From Flavobacteriales bacterium (GTDB lineage Bacteria > Bacteroidota > Bacteroidia > Flavobacteriales_F > PHOS-HE28), in assembly GCA_041745875.1 (NCBI GenBank), contig JBGTIB010000092.1, forward strand, positions 7,315 to 71,314: DNA of 64,000 bases, in the 5' to 3' direction. The notes beneath the pieces were generated by a model that saw only the letters and a program-made list of their open reading frames with translations, did not search any database and had not been told where the DNA came from. This document shows, piece after piece, positions 55,613-64,000 of this stretch. Positions within the stretch are counted from its first letter, which is position 1. Each line of letters opens with the position of its first letter. A program made the position numbers and the translations under genes.

Positions 55613-57901
55613 ATGCTTCGTTCCACTTTTCTTCTGGTCCATATCCTGTTCCTGCTCGGCATGTTACAAGCCCAGGAAGGGCCGCCCGTATTGCCGCGTG
55701 GCGAATTGCCCAAGGGCCTTGCACCACACGAGATCGAACTGATCCCCGCTTACCGCGAGAGCCGGGCAGGGATGCAGCGTGGCATCCCGACACCGCCTGC
55801 CGTGCCGGTGCGCACCATGGCCGAGTGGGAGGAGGTGCAGACATTGTGCATCACGTGGCGGTCGTATCCGATCATACTCAAGCAGATCGTTCAGCATGCG
55901 AAGGAGGAGTGCGAAGTGTTGATCGTGTGCGCCAGTAGCGGCAGCACATCCCCGGCACAGGTGCAGAGCTATCTGTTGGCCAACAATGCCGGTGGGCCAC
56001 CACTGCCGGACCTAAACAACATCACCTTCCTGACGGCTCCGAGCAACAGCATCTGGATCCGGGACTACGGCCCCGAGACCATGTACTTCAATGAAGTGGA
56101 TTCACTGGTGCTGCTGGATTGGATCTACAACCGCCCCCGACCCGCTGATGACGCCTTGAGCGACGTCATCGGGAACCACAAGGACATTGCGGTGTTCAGC
56201 ACCACACAGGCCCCCAACGACCTGGTCCATACCGGAGGCAACTTCATGGCCGATGGTTTCGGCACGGGCTTCTCGTCCAAATTGGTGGACATGGAGAACG
56301 GACCACAGGGCAGCTTCAACCAGAGCAACAAGACACCGGCCCAGGTGGATGTGCTGATGGATACCTGGATGGGGATCGATGCGTATGTGAAGATGGACGA
56401 GCTGCCCTTCGACAACATCAGCCACATCGACATGCACATGAAGCTGCTCGATGAGGAGCGTTTGCTGGTGGGTGATTTCCCTACCGGGGTCAGCGACGGC
56501 CCCCAATTGGAGGCGAACATCCAGTACATCCAGCAGAATTTCACATCGGTCTTCGGAACGCCGTACGAGATCGTCCGCATCCCCATGGTGCCCAGTGCGG
56601 GGGCCAACCCGGTGTATCCGCCCCAGGGTTTTTATCGCACCTACGCCAATGCGATCTTCATCAACAAGCTCATCATCGTGCCCACCTACCGCGAGCAGTA
56701 CGATACCACCGGGCTTCGGATCTGGCGGGAGGCCATGCCGGGATACAAGGTGGTGGGGATCGACTGCGACAATGCCGATGCGAACATCATCAGTGCCAGT
56801 GGCGCCATACACTGCATCACCAAAACGATCGGCGTGGCCGATCCCCTGCTGATACGCCACCAGCGCCTTCGTGATACGGACAATGTGATGACCGCGTACG
56901 ATGTGTCAGCCTATATCCGGCATAAGAGCGGTATCGCATCCGCGCAGATTTACTGGACCACGGACACCACCGCCGGATATCAAAGTGTGCCGATGACCGC
57001 CCTGGGAGCCAACGAATGGACGGCAGCGATACCCCCGCAGCCAGCGGGCAGCGAGGTGTTCTATTACATACAGGCCACGGCGAACAGTGGTAAACAGATC
57101 ACGCGTCCGATCGTGGCACCGGAGGGCTATTGGCGTTTCAAAGTGATCTCGGGTGGTCCCACAGTGCTGCCGGTCGCGGTGCGGGCTTATCTGGAAGGCG
57201 CATTCGATCCCGATCTTACCCTGATGCGCGACGACCTGCGTGCATCGGGCCTCGTGCCCTTGGAGGAACCCTATTCCGGTTCCGGGTTCGAAATGAGCGG
57301 GGGCGAAGGGGCCACGACCACGACCGGTGTATTGTCCACCACAGGTGGTGATGCCATCGTGGATTGGGTGCTGGTGGAACTTCGGGATGGATCCGATCCC
57401 TCGATCATCCTGCGCACCCGACCGGCGTTGCTGCAGCGGGATGGCGACATCGTCGGTGTGAACGGGACCTCACCCATCGGGTTCGATGTTGCACCGGGCA
57501 GCTATTACCTGGCACTGCGACACCGCAACCATCTGGCGTGCATGACGGCTGTTCCCTGGGCATTCGGAGCCACTTTGACCACGATCGACCTCACGCTTCC
57601 CGCCACGCCGAGCTGGGGACAGAACGCCAGACGCATTTCCGGTGACGCTGCCACGCTGTGGATGGGCAACGTCGTCCCCGATGATATGATCCGCTACACC
57701 GGTGCTGGGAACGATCGGGATCCGATCCTGATGCGCATCGGCGGCGTGGTGCCTACTGGTTCGGCATTGGGATACTTTGCCGAAGATTCAAACCTGGACG
57801 GCGTGGTGCGCTATACCGGGGGTGACAACGACCGCGATCCCATCCTGCAGTCCATCGGTGGAGTGATCCCCACGGCCACCCGTACCGAGCAACTGCCCTG
57901 A
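55613..57901 (+). CDS. Agmatine deiminase / Porphyromonas-type peptidylarginine deiminase (PAD_porph) family protein with a C-terminal Ig-like region and two ~26-aa repeats; no recognisable T9SS CTD.
   Basis: 'MAEWEEVQTL...WRSYP', 'IWIRDYGP', 'HTGGNFMADGFG', 'DMHMKL', catalytic 'GAIHCITK'; signal peptide 'MLRSTFLLVHILFLLGMLQAQ'; C-terminal repeats 'IRYTGAGNDRDPILMRIGGVVPTG' and 'VRYTGGDNDRDPILQSIGGVIPTA'. Confidence 0.8.
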   Translation: MLRSTFLLVHILFLLGMLQAQEGPPVLPRGELPKGLAPHEIELIPAYRESRAGMQRGIPTPPAVPVRTMAEWEEVQTLCITWRSYPIILKQIVQHAKEECEVLIVCASSGSTSPAQVQSYLLANNAGGPPLPDLNNITFLTAPSNSIWIRDYGPETMYFNEVDSLVLLDWIYNRPRPADDALSDVIGNHKDIAVFSTTQAPNDLVHTGGNFMADGFGTGFSSKLVDMENGPQGSFNQSNKTPAQVDVLMDTWMGIDAYVKMDELPFDNISHIDMHMKLLDEERLLVGDFPTGVSDGPQLEANIQYIQQNFTSVFGTPYEIVRIPMVPSAGANPVYPPQGFYRTYANAIFINKLIIVPTYREQYDTTGLRIWREAMPGYKVVGIDCDNADANIISASGAIHCITKTIGVADPLLIRHQRLRDTDNVMTAYDVSAYIRHKSGIASAQIYWTTDTTAGYQSVPMTALGANEWTAAIPPQPAGSEVFYYIQATANSGKQITRPIVAPEGYWRFKVISGGPTVLPVAVRAYLEGAFDPDLTLMRDDLRASGLVPLEEPYSGSGFEMSGGEGATTTTGVLSTTGGDAIVDWVLVELRDGSDPSIILRTRPALLQRDGDIVGVNGTSPIGFDVAPGSYYLALRHRNHLACMTAVPWAFGATLTTIDLTLPATPSWGQNARRISGDAATLWMGNVVPDDMIRYTGAGNDRDPILMRIGGVVPTGSALGYFAEDSNLDGVVRYTGGDNDRDPILQSIGGVIPTATRTEQLP

Positions 57902-57976
57902 TCACTGGATCGGCGTCGATGCGAACACGTCGCTTCATAACTTGCACCACCTGAAGGAAATAATACCCTACCCTCA

Positions 57977-59770
57977 ATGACCCGAGCCCTCACCCTCGTT
58001 GCGCTTCAATGTCTCCTGATCGTACCACTGCTGGCCCAGGAACCCAACCTGCCCAAGGGGCTGGCCCCACATGAACTGGAACTGATCCCGGCCTACCGCG
58101 ATTCGCGGGCAGGGAACAGCCGGGCCATCACCGATCCACCGGCGTTCCCGGTGCGCACCATGGCCGAATGGGAGGAGGTCCAAAGCCTCGTGGTCACCTG
58201 GCGCAGCTATCCCCCGATCCTAAAACAGATCGTGGCGCACGCCAAGGAGGAGTGTGAAGTGATCGTGGTGTGCGCATCCAGCGGAAACAGTTCCGTTGCG
58301 AGCGTCTCCAGCTACTTGCAGAGCAACAATGATGGCGGTCCAGCTTTGGACAATTTGGACAACGTGGTGCTCTTCGAGGCACCATCCAACAGCGTGTGGG
58401 TGCGGGATTACGGTCCCGAGGTGATCTACATGAACGACGTGGACTCCCTTTTCCTGCTCGATTGGATCTACAACCGGCCGCGCCCGGAGGATGATGACCT
58501 GAGCTTTGAACTGGGCAGCCTCAAGGGCATCGGCGTGTACGCCACGACCCAGGCACCTTACGACCTGGTGCACACGGGCGGAAACTTCATGGCCGATGGA
58601 TTCGGTACCGCTTTCTCCTCTGAACTGGTGGACTTCGAGAACGGACCACAAGGACAGTTCAATCAGACCAACAAGACACCCGCCCAGGTGAATACGCTGA
58701 TGCAGCAGTTCATGGGTATCGACACCTATATGAAGATGGATGAACTGCCCTTCGACAACATCAGCCACATCGACATGCACATGAAGCTGATCGATGAGGA
58801 GACACTGATGATCGGAGAGTTCCCCACTGGTGTCAGTGATGGTCCCACCCTGGAGGCGAACATCGACTACATCCAGGACAACTTCACCTCCGTATTCGGA
58901 ACGCCGTATGAGATCGTGCGCATCCCCATGGTGCCAAGTACCGGTGGCAACTACCCTCCACAGGCCAACTACCGCACCTTCGCCAACGCGATCTTCATCA
59001 ACAAGTTGGTACTCGTACCCACCTACCGCCAGGAGTTCGATACCACCGGGCTCCGCATCTGGGAGGAAAGCATGCCCGGCTACCGTGTGGTGGGGATCGA
59101 CTGTGATAACAGCAACGCGAACATCATCAGCGCAAGTGGTGCGATCCACTGCATCACCAAGACCATCGGTGTGGAAGATCCCCTGCTGATCCGGCACCAG
59201 CGCCTTCGCGACACGGAGGATACCATCAACCCGTACACGGTCGATGCGTGGATCCGGCATAAGAGCGGCATCGCATCCGCGCAGTTGTACTGGACCGTGG
59301 ATACCGCAGCGGGCTACGCCTCCGTGCCGATGAGCGCCCAGGGTGCTGACAGCTGGAGCGCAGCGATACCCGCGCAGTTGGTGGGGACCCAGGTGTACTA
59401 CTACATCGAAGCACAGGCCAACAGCGGCAAAATGCAGGTTCGCCCCATCACGGCCCCCGAGGGTTGGTGGCGGTTCAGGGTACTGGGCGGACCCACGGGC
59501 ATCGCCGATGTGGCAGGGCCTGAGATCGTGGCTGTCTTCCCGAACCCCACCTCATCATTGGTGGTGGTGACGTTGGATGGAACGGGCGACGAACGCGTGT
59601 TGGTGCGCTTGACCGATGTCCTCGGGCGGGAGGTGATGCGCCTGCACGAAGGAAGGATCCCTTCCGACGGACGCATTTTCTCGGACCTCAGCCACCTGAC
59701 GGAAGCAGCCTATCTGTTGGTGGTGGAGAACGCCAAGGGCCGCAGTGTACACCGGGTGGTAAAACACTGA
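57977..59770 (+). CDS. Paralogous agmatine deiminase / PPAD-family protein with an Ig-like domain and a T9SS type-A C-terminal sorting domain (PPAD-like architecture).
   Basis: The same catalytic blocks ('VWVRDYGP', 'HTGGNFMADGFG', 'GAIHCITK'); signal peptide 'MTRALTLVALQCLLIVPLLAQ'; C-terminus 'VAVFPNPTSSLVVVTLDG...LTDVLGREVMRL...AYLLVVENAKGRSVHRVVKH'. Confidence 0.85.
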   Translation: MTRALTLVALQCLLIVPLLAQEPNLPKGLAPHELELIPAYRDSRAGNSRAITDPPAFPVRTMAEWEEVQSLVVTWRSYPPILKQIVAHAKEECEVIVVCASSGNSSVASVSSYLQSNNDGGPALDNLDNVVLFEAPSNSVWVRDYGPEVIYMNDVDSLFLLDWIYNRPRPEDDDLSFELGSLKGIGVYATTQAPYDLVHTGGNFMADGFGTAFSSELVDFENGPQGQFNQTNKTPAQVNTLMQQFMGIDTYMKMDELPFDNISHIDMHMKLIDEETLMIGEFPTGVSDGPTLEANIDYIQDNFTSVFGTPYEIVRIPMVPSTGGNYPPQANYRTFANAIFINKLVLVPTYRQEFDTTGLRIWEESMPGYRVVGIDCDNSNANIISASGAIHCITKTIGVEDPLLIRHQRLRDTEDTINPYTVDAWIRHKSGIASAQLYWTVDTAAGYASVPMSAQGADSWSAAIPAQLVGTQVYYYIEAQANSGKMQVRPITAPEGWWRFRVLGGPTGIADVAGPEIVAVFPNPTSSLVVVTLDGTGDERVLVRLTDVLGREVMRLHEGRIPSDGRIFSDLSHLTEAAYLLVVENAKGRSVHRVVKH

Positions 59771-59823
59771 CCTTCCTGCACTGCGGTGCACCGTGTTCCG
59801 GAGAACAGCAGCGGGAACGAACG

Positions 59824-60579
59824 CTAGTTCTGAGGCCTCAACCGCACGCGGTTCGGGTCCTCGTGGAAGTAGTAGCGGATGTCCACGGTGAGATAGCCTC
59901 CGTCCAATCCTGTGCGCATCGGATAGGGGAAGAAACTGTTCGAAGGGCTGTCATAATAGGTCAGTTCCGCAGTGGCCATGTCGTTGAAAGGCTGATGGTA
60001 GGTGGCGCCCAGGTAGAAGGTGCCGGACTTCTCGGTACGGTACTCCACGCCCATGTTGCCCAGCACGCCGAACTGCGCCCAGTTGTTCCTGAAGATGTAA
60101 ATGCGCCCTTCCTCCACATCGCGTTGCACATCGCTGGGATACATGTCCAGGGAAACACCCAGTGCACTGTTCATCCAGGTGCGTTCGCCCAGGCGGATAT
60201 GGACCAGGCCGGTCAACGGCATCTCGTAACCCACGTAGCGCACCCGGTCCGAGTCGAAGTAACCGCTGGTATCGTTGTTCAAACTGAAATCGTAGCGGCG
60301 GGTGATCTGACCGATGCCTGTTTCCAGGGAGATGGCATTGGTGATGCCCACCCGGATGGTCATGCCGAACGCGAAGCCGCCGATAAGTTCGATGGTGCCT
60401 TGCAGGTCGGGACGTTCCACGGTGGTGAGCGGTCCGAAAAAGTCCAGTGGGATCACCGGCTTCACCTGCATGCCGAAGGTGGTGACACCTTGCTGCGCCC
60501 GAAGTCCGGACAGGATGGAAAGCAGGAAGACGATGCTCAGTGCAGCCCTGCGCAGGGACGAAAGGGTGTGCCCCGTCAC
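59824..60579 (-). CDS. Hypothetical exported (probably outer-membrane) protein.
   Basis: GTG start at 60579 gives 'VTGHTLSSLRRAALSIVFLLSILSGLRAQ' (signal peptide) and a GTGA overlap with the stop of the upstream M23 gene; the track start at 60660 is also GTG and overlaps that gene by 85 bp. Aromatic-rich C-terminus. Confidence 0.5.
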   Translation of the reverse strand: MTGHTLSSLRRAALSIVFLLSILSGLRAQQGVTTFGMQVKPVIPLDFFGPLTTVERPDLQGTIELIGGFAFGMTIRVGITNAISLETGIGQITRRYDFSLNNDTSGYFDSDRVRYVGYEMPLTGLVHIRLGERTWMNSALGVSLDMYPSDVQRDVEEGRIYIFRNNWAQFGVLGNMGVEYRTEKSGTFYLGATYHQPFNDMATAELTYYDSPSNSFFPYPMRTGLDGGYLTVDIRYYFHEDPNRVRLRPQN

Positions 60580-61736
60580 AGTCCGCTCTCCGGATCGTTC
60601 ACCACGAGTTGTTGTCCAACGCGGAGCACCGAGCGGCGCGTTATGCCATTGAGTTCGCACAGGTTTGCGATGCTGGTACCATACTGTTCTGCGATGCCGT
60701 AAAGATGATCACCTTTCCGAACGGTGTGGAAGTGGGTGCCAAGGGGATAGGCGGCATAGCTCCAACGCGTCTTCTTCAATACCAGTGTGCCACAGGCGAT
60801 CTCACCCGAGGAAAGGTCGATGAAACGCAGGGGATCGATCGGTATGCCTTTGAAACGGACCTCCAGATGCAGATGGGGTCCGGTGCTGCGGCCGGTACTT
60901 CCACCCAGGCCCACGATATCCCCGGCATCCACTTCGTCGCCCACCTTCACCTTGGTACGGTGCAGGTGCGCGTAATAGGTCTCCAATCCGTTCCAGTGGC
61001 GCACCACCACCAATCGGCCATACCCACCATAGGCACCGGTGAAGCGTACCACACCCGGGAACATGCTGCGTACGGGCTGCCCGGTGCGCAGGTCCAGGTC
61101 GATGCCGTTGTGCGCACGCCCATCACGCCTTCCGAAGCGCGAGGTGAGCACACCGGGTACCGGCATGTGGAAGCCGCAGCCGAGGTCCCCATTGGTAAGT
61201 TCCAGCAGCATCACACTGTCACTGGCCGATAGCTCCGGCCCGTACACATTGGGCGCCGTGGTCAGCCAATCACCATAGAGGTGTGAGGCCGGCTCCGGAC
61301 CCATGCCGTACCACGGTACATACAGCCCTTCGTCCACAGCGGCCTGGTCGGGCATTTCGGTCGTGTAAAGGTTGATCTCGTTGATCAAGGCATAGGGCAC
61401 CTCCTCCAGTTCGAACAACGAATCGACCAGCAGGACCATCTCCGACTCGTCCATGCTACGGATGCGCTGGAAGAGGCGCAGGTCCTGGATCAGGTCCATG
61501 GGAGCGGGGTCCAGCAGGCACAACGAGTCGAGCAACTGCTCAAGGTGCGCGTCGCTCATCATCTCCTCGGCCTCCAGGAGCTTGCTATTTCCATAGACGA
61601 CCTTGGCGGAAACGGTATCGGGATCGGTACCTCTTGAAGCTGGCGGATCGTGCGCGGCAACAACGCCCATCGCCGCCATGGCGAAGGGGAGGAACAGCAA
61701 TGCCCTGAACAGGGCCGTTGGAAAGGCGCCGGTCAT
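60576..61736 (-). CDS. M23 family metallopeptidase with a C-terminal LysM domain.
   Basis: 'HNGIDLDLRTGQPVRSMFPGVV...YGGYGRLVVVRHWNGLETYYAHL...GGSTGRSTGPHLHLEVR' (HxxxD and HxH motifs); LysM 'HTVRKGDHLYGIAEQYGTSIANLCELNG'. Confidence 0.88.
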   Translation of the reverse strand: MTGAFPTALFRALLFLPFAMAAMGVVAAHDPPASRGTDPDTVSAKVVYGNSKLLEAEEMMSDAHLEQLLDSLCLLDPAPMDLIQDLRLFQRIRSMDESEMVLLVDSLFELEEVPYALINEINLYTTEMPDQAAVDEGLYVPWYGMGPEPASHLYGDWLTTAPNVYGPELSASDSVMLLELTNGDLGCGFHMPVPGVLTSRFGRRDGRAHNGIDLDLRTGQPVRSMFPGVVRFTGAYGGYGRLVVVRHWNGLETYYAHLHRTKVKVGDEVDAGDIVGLGGSTGRSTGPHLHLEVRFKGIPIDPLRFIDLSSGEIACGTLVLKKTRWSYAAYPLGTHFHTVRKGDHLYGIAEQYGTSIANLCELNGITRRSVLRVGQQLVVNDPESGL

Positions 61737-61875
61737 ATTTCTTCCTTGCAGGTACTGTTGAGCAGGGGTCCTTGCAGGTGTACCCCTACGCTGGTATGGA
61801 CGTGAAGATACCCGGCATCGACAACATGGGAAAAAACTTCGACGAAATGGCTTGGAAGGTGGTCCATCGGCGTTC

Positions 61876-62205
61876 TCAGCCCTTCAGCCACCAACCCATG
61901 AAGGCCAGCGACAGCAATAGCAGTGTGAAGATCAGCAGGGCCCAGCGGATGATCCCGTCGCCGATGAAGGGCCTGCGGTGCCTGCCCAGCACCGTGTAAT
62001 TGATGCGGATGGCAGCCTCGCGGTGGCGCTGCTTCACACCGATCAGCGTGAGTCCCCCTGGTATGGCATCAGCCTCGAAATGAATGTCGGCCGCCTTCAA
62101 ACCGTCCATGAACTCCTGTGCCATTTGGGGATCCCCGAACCGGAACACCAGCCACAGGGGATCCTGCGGATGGTCATCGAAGTTGGTGAGGTTCAGTATG
62201 GACAT
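61876..62205 (-). CDS. Small hypothetical protein with a C-terminal TM segment.
   Basis: '...IIRWALLIFTLLLLSLAFMGWWLKG'; coding-like GC3. Confidence 0.35.
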   Translation of the reverse strand: MSILNLTNFDDHPQDPLWLVFRFGDPQMAQEFMDGLKAADIHFEADAIPGGLTLIGVKQRHREAAIRINYTVLGRHRRPFIGDGIIRWALLIFTLLLLSLAFMGWWLKG

Positions 62206-62226
62206 GGTTGAAGAGTGGCAGGGCGT

Positions 62227-62820
62227 TCACAGCGATCTTTCACGCCATTGAACGAGCTGGTCCAATGGCTTACGATAACCCTTGGGCCAATCGATGGCAG
62301 GATATCCGATGAAAAAAAGCCCCAAAGCCTGTCCATCATCGCCCAGCTTCAGGAAGTCGCGCATGGCCATGCCGGTCATCGGGCCACCGGTGCTCCAGAA
62401 GCCCCCCAGACCGTAGGCAGCGCAGGTCAGATGCATGTTCTGCACGGCGCACCCCATGGCCAGCAGTTCGTCGCGCTCGCTGATCTTGCCTTTGGGGTCG
62501 CGCACCATGCCCAGAGCGATCACCACACTGCTTTGCAGCGGGCGTTGCGTCATGTTGTCGTACTTGCGTTGCAGGAATTTCTCCCCCGGTGATACTCGGG
62601 TATATTCAGCACCGAGGAAGTCGCTGAGTTCTTGTCGGGCATTTCCCATGAACACGGTAAAGCGCCAGGGCTGGGTCATGCCATGGGTGGGTGCCCATGT
62701 CGCATTGGTCAGCACACGCTCCACGATCTCGCGGTGTACTTCGCGTTCGGTATGATCCTTCGGGTAGATCGTCCGTCGGTGACGGATCAGGTCGGTGACC
62801 TCGCTTACACTGAACTTCAT
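62227..62820 (-). CDS. Nitroreductase family protein.
   Basis: 'RRTIYPKD...', 'ATWAPTHGMTQPWRFTVF', 'AVQNMHLTCAAYGLGGFW'; ATG at 62820 ('MKFSVSEV'). Confidence 0.8.
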   Translation of the reverse strand: MKFSVSEVTDLIRHRRTIYPKDHTEREVHREIVERVLTNATWAPTHGMTQPWRFTVFMGNARQELSDFLGAEYTRVSPGEKFLQRKYDNMTQRPLQSSVVIALGMVRDPKGKISERDELLAMGCAVQNMHLTCAAYGLGGFWSTGGPMTGMAMRDFLKLGDDGQALGLFFIGYPAIDWPKGYRKPLDQLVQWRERSL

Positions 62821-62937
62821 GTTGGTTCCCGGCTCCAGGGCAACGGGGCGGCAAAGGAAATGCATCAGTGGCCAAGCAGCGTTCCCTTCCGCTCGCACGT
62901 CTTACCTTCAGCGATCCAAAAAAGAACCCTGCAACCC

Positions 62938-63954
62938 ATGAGACCACGCCTTACTCTTCTCTCCGCCGCCTTCGTGAGCGGTACTGCGGTGCTTGCCCAG
63001 CCCGTGCTCAATGCCTCGAACAACGTGCCTGTTGCCGGTACCGATTATGCAGTATCGTCCGGTGAGGCCATCCCTACGGGAGGTACGGGGCCTGACCTGC
63101 TCTATGGATTCTGGATGCTGGTAGGGGATGGCAACCGCAACATTTATTACATGGCCCCGTCCGTTACACCGACATCCTCACAAATTCCTAGCGCTCAGTT
63201 GCTTTCCACCGATGGTGGCAGCGATACGCTATTCTGGGCCGTGACCACCGATGGCCTTACGCAAGTGGGTGAACGCACCGACCTGGCGTTGGTGAACTAT
63301 ACCGACCCCTTGCTGGAGATCGAGTATCCCTGCACCTTCGGGACCTCCTGGACCGATGCTGTTTCAGCGAGCTATTCGGTCAGTGGCTTCCCCGTTACGC
63401 GTACGGGAACGGTGACGGGTATCGCCGATGGGTACGGCACCTTGGAACTGCCCGCCGTGGTGGTCGAGGATGTGCTGCGCGTGAAAGTGCGCAAGGTCCT
63501 GCTGGACCAATCACCCCTTGCCAACGTGAGCCGGGTATCCGAGACGTTCTACTTCTTCACGGAGACGGTACGCCATCCTGTGCTCCGCATCCAGATCGAC
63601 TCCGTCACCATTGGTGCGGGTGCGCCCGGTGTGACCAGCGAAGCACTGTGGATGTATGGCGATGGCATGCTGAGTGTTGGTTCCATCGAGATGGCGGATG
63701 TCCAGTTCACCGCCTACCCCAACCCTGCAAATGAGCTGGTGCATCTCCTGCTGAATGAAGGTGCGGATGCGGCACGTTTTGTCGAAGTGGTCGACGGAAG
63801 CGGTCGTCTCGTCCTGCGCAATGACTTCATCGGGCGGGCAGAGCAGGACATGCAGGCCGCGTTCAATGTGAGTGGTCTGGCACCGGGGCTTTACATGGTG
63901 CGTCTGAGCGGGGAGCACGGCGTGTTGGGCACCCAGCGTCTGGTGGTCCGGTAA
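62938..63954 (+). CDS. Secreted protein of unknown function with a T9SS type-A C-terminal sorting domain.
   Basis: Signal peptide 'MRPRLTLLSAAFVSGTAVLAQ'; C-terminus 'FTAYPNPANELVHLLLNEG...VEVVDGSGRLVLRN...GLYMVRLSGEHGVLGTQRLVVR'. Confidence 0.7.
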   Translation: MRPRLTLLSAAFVSGTAVLAQPVLNASNNVPVAGTDYAVSSGEAIPTGGTGPDLLYGFWMLVGDGNRNIYYMAPSVTPTSSQIPSAQLLSTDGGSDTLFWAVTTDGLTQVGERTDLALVNYTDPLLEIEYPCTFGTSWTDAVSASYSVSGFPVTRTGTVTGIADGYGTLELPAVVVEDVLRVKVRKVLLDQSPLANVSRVSETFYFFTETVRHPVLRIQIDSVTIGAGAPGVTSEALWMYGDGMLSVGSIEMADVQFTAYPNPANELVHLLLNEGADAARFVEVVDGSGRLVLRNDFIGRAEQDMQAAFNVSGLAPGLYMVRLSGEHGVLGTQRLVVR

Positions 63955-64000
63955 TACCGCTTACCAAAAGATCTGTTGGAACCCCTTCCGGTTTTCGGAA

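Noticed and set aside
1-64000. tRNA / rRNA / tmRNA genes and transposase / integrase / phage genes.
   Set aside because: All non-coding gaps longer than 60 bp were scanned by eye. No T-loop-like 'GTTCGAATC' cloverleaf contexts and no rRNA-like conserved stretches were seen, and no ORF carries DDE transposase, tyrosine recombinase or phage structural motifs. A covariance-model search (tRNAscan or Infernal) would be needed to be definitive.

Overview
This window reads as an ordinary chromosomal segment of a GC-rich member of the Bacteroidota (Bacteroidetes/FCB group). The markers are numerous type IX secretion system (T9SS) C-terminal sorting domains of both type A (Por_Secre_tail) and type B (gliding-motility CHU_C), a Pif1-like helicase with a C-terminal HTH, and the DUF1800/DUF1501 pair. 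I count about 50 supportable protein genes, packed tightly with many ATGA/GTGA start-stop overlaps. I found no rRNA, tRNA, CRISPR array, transposase, integrase or phage genes. Contents are dominated by (i) T9SS cargo or adhesin genes (two giant SBBP/PKD adhesins, a choice-of-anchor-I/PA14 protein, DUF1501, and several proteins of unknown function), (ii) outer-membrane and envelope biogenesis (LptD, OstA-like, OmpH, MCE/MlaD, LpxL-like acyltransferase, amidase, MltF, M23/LysM peptidase), (iii) DNA repair (UvrA, Xth, Pif1-like helicase), and (iv) a few regulators (ECF sigma, LytS/LytTR two-component pair). I recognised no canonical defence island or mobile element. The most system-like and unusual items are: a long operon that ends in two membrane-anchored CotH-family atypical kinase genes; a tandemly duplicated two-gene T9SS module with translational coupling; tandem paralogous agmatine-deiminase family genes with the domain architecture of Porphyromonas peptidylarginine deiminase (PPAD); a DUF1501 protein carrying both a Tat signal and a T9SS sorting domain; and a ~220-bp MITE-like nested palindromic element. 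All calls rest on motifs read by eye and recalled family signatures; no searches were run. The supplied ORF track shows GTG/TTG starts as M, so I re-derived several starts.
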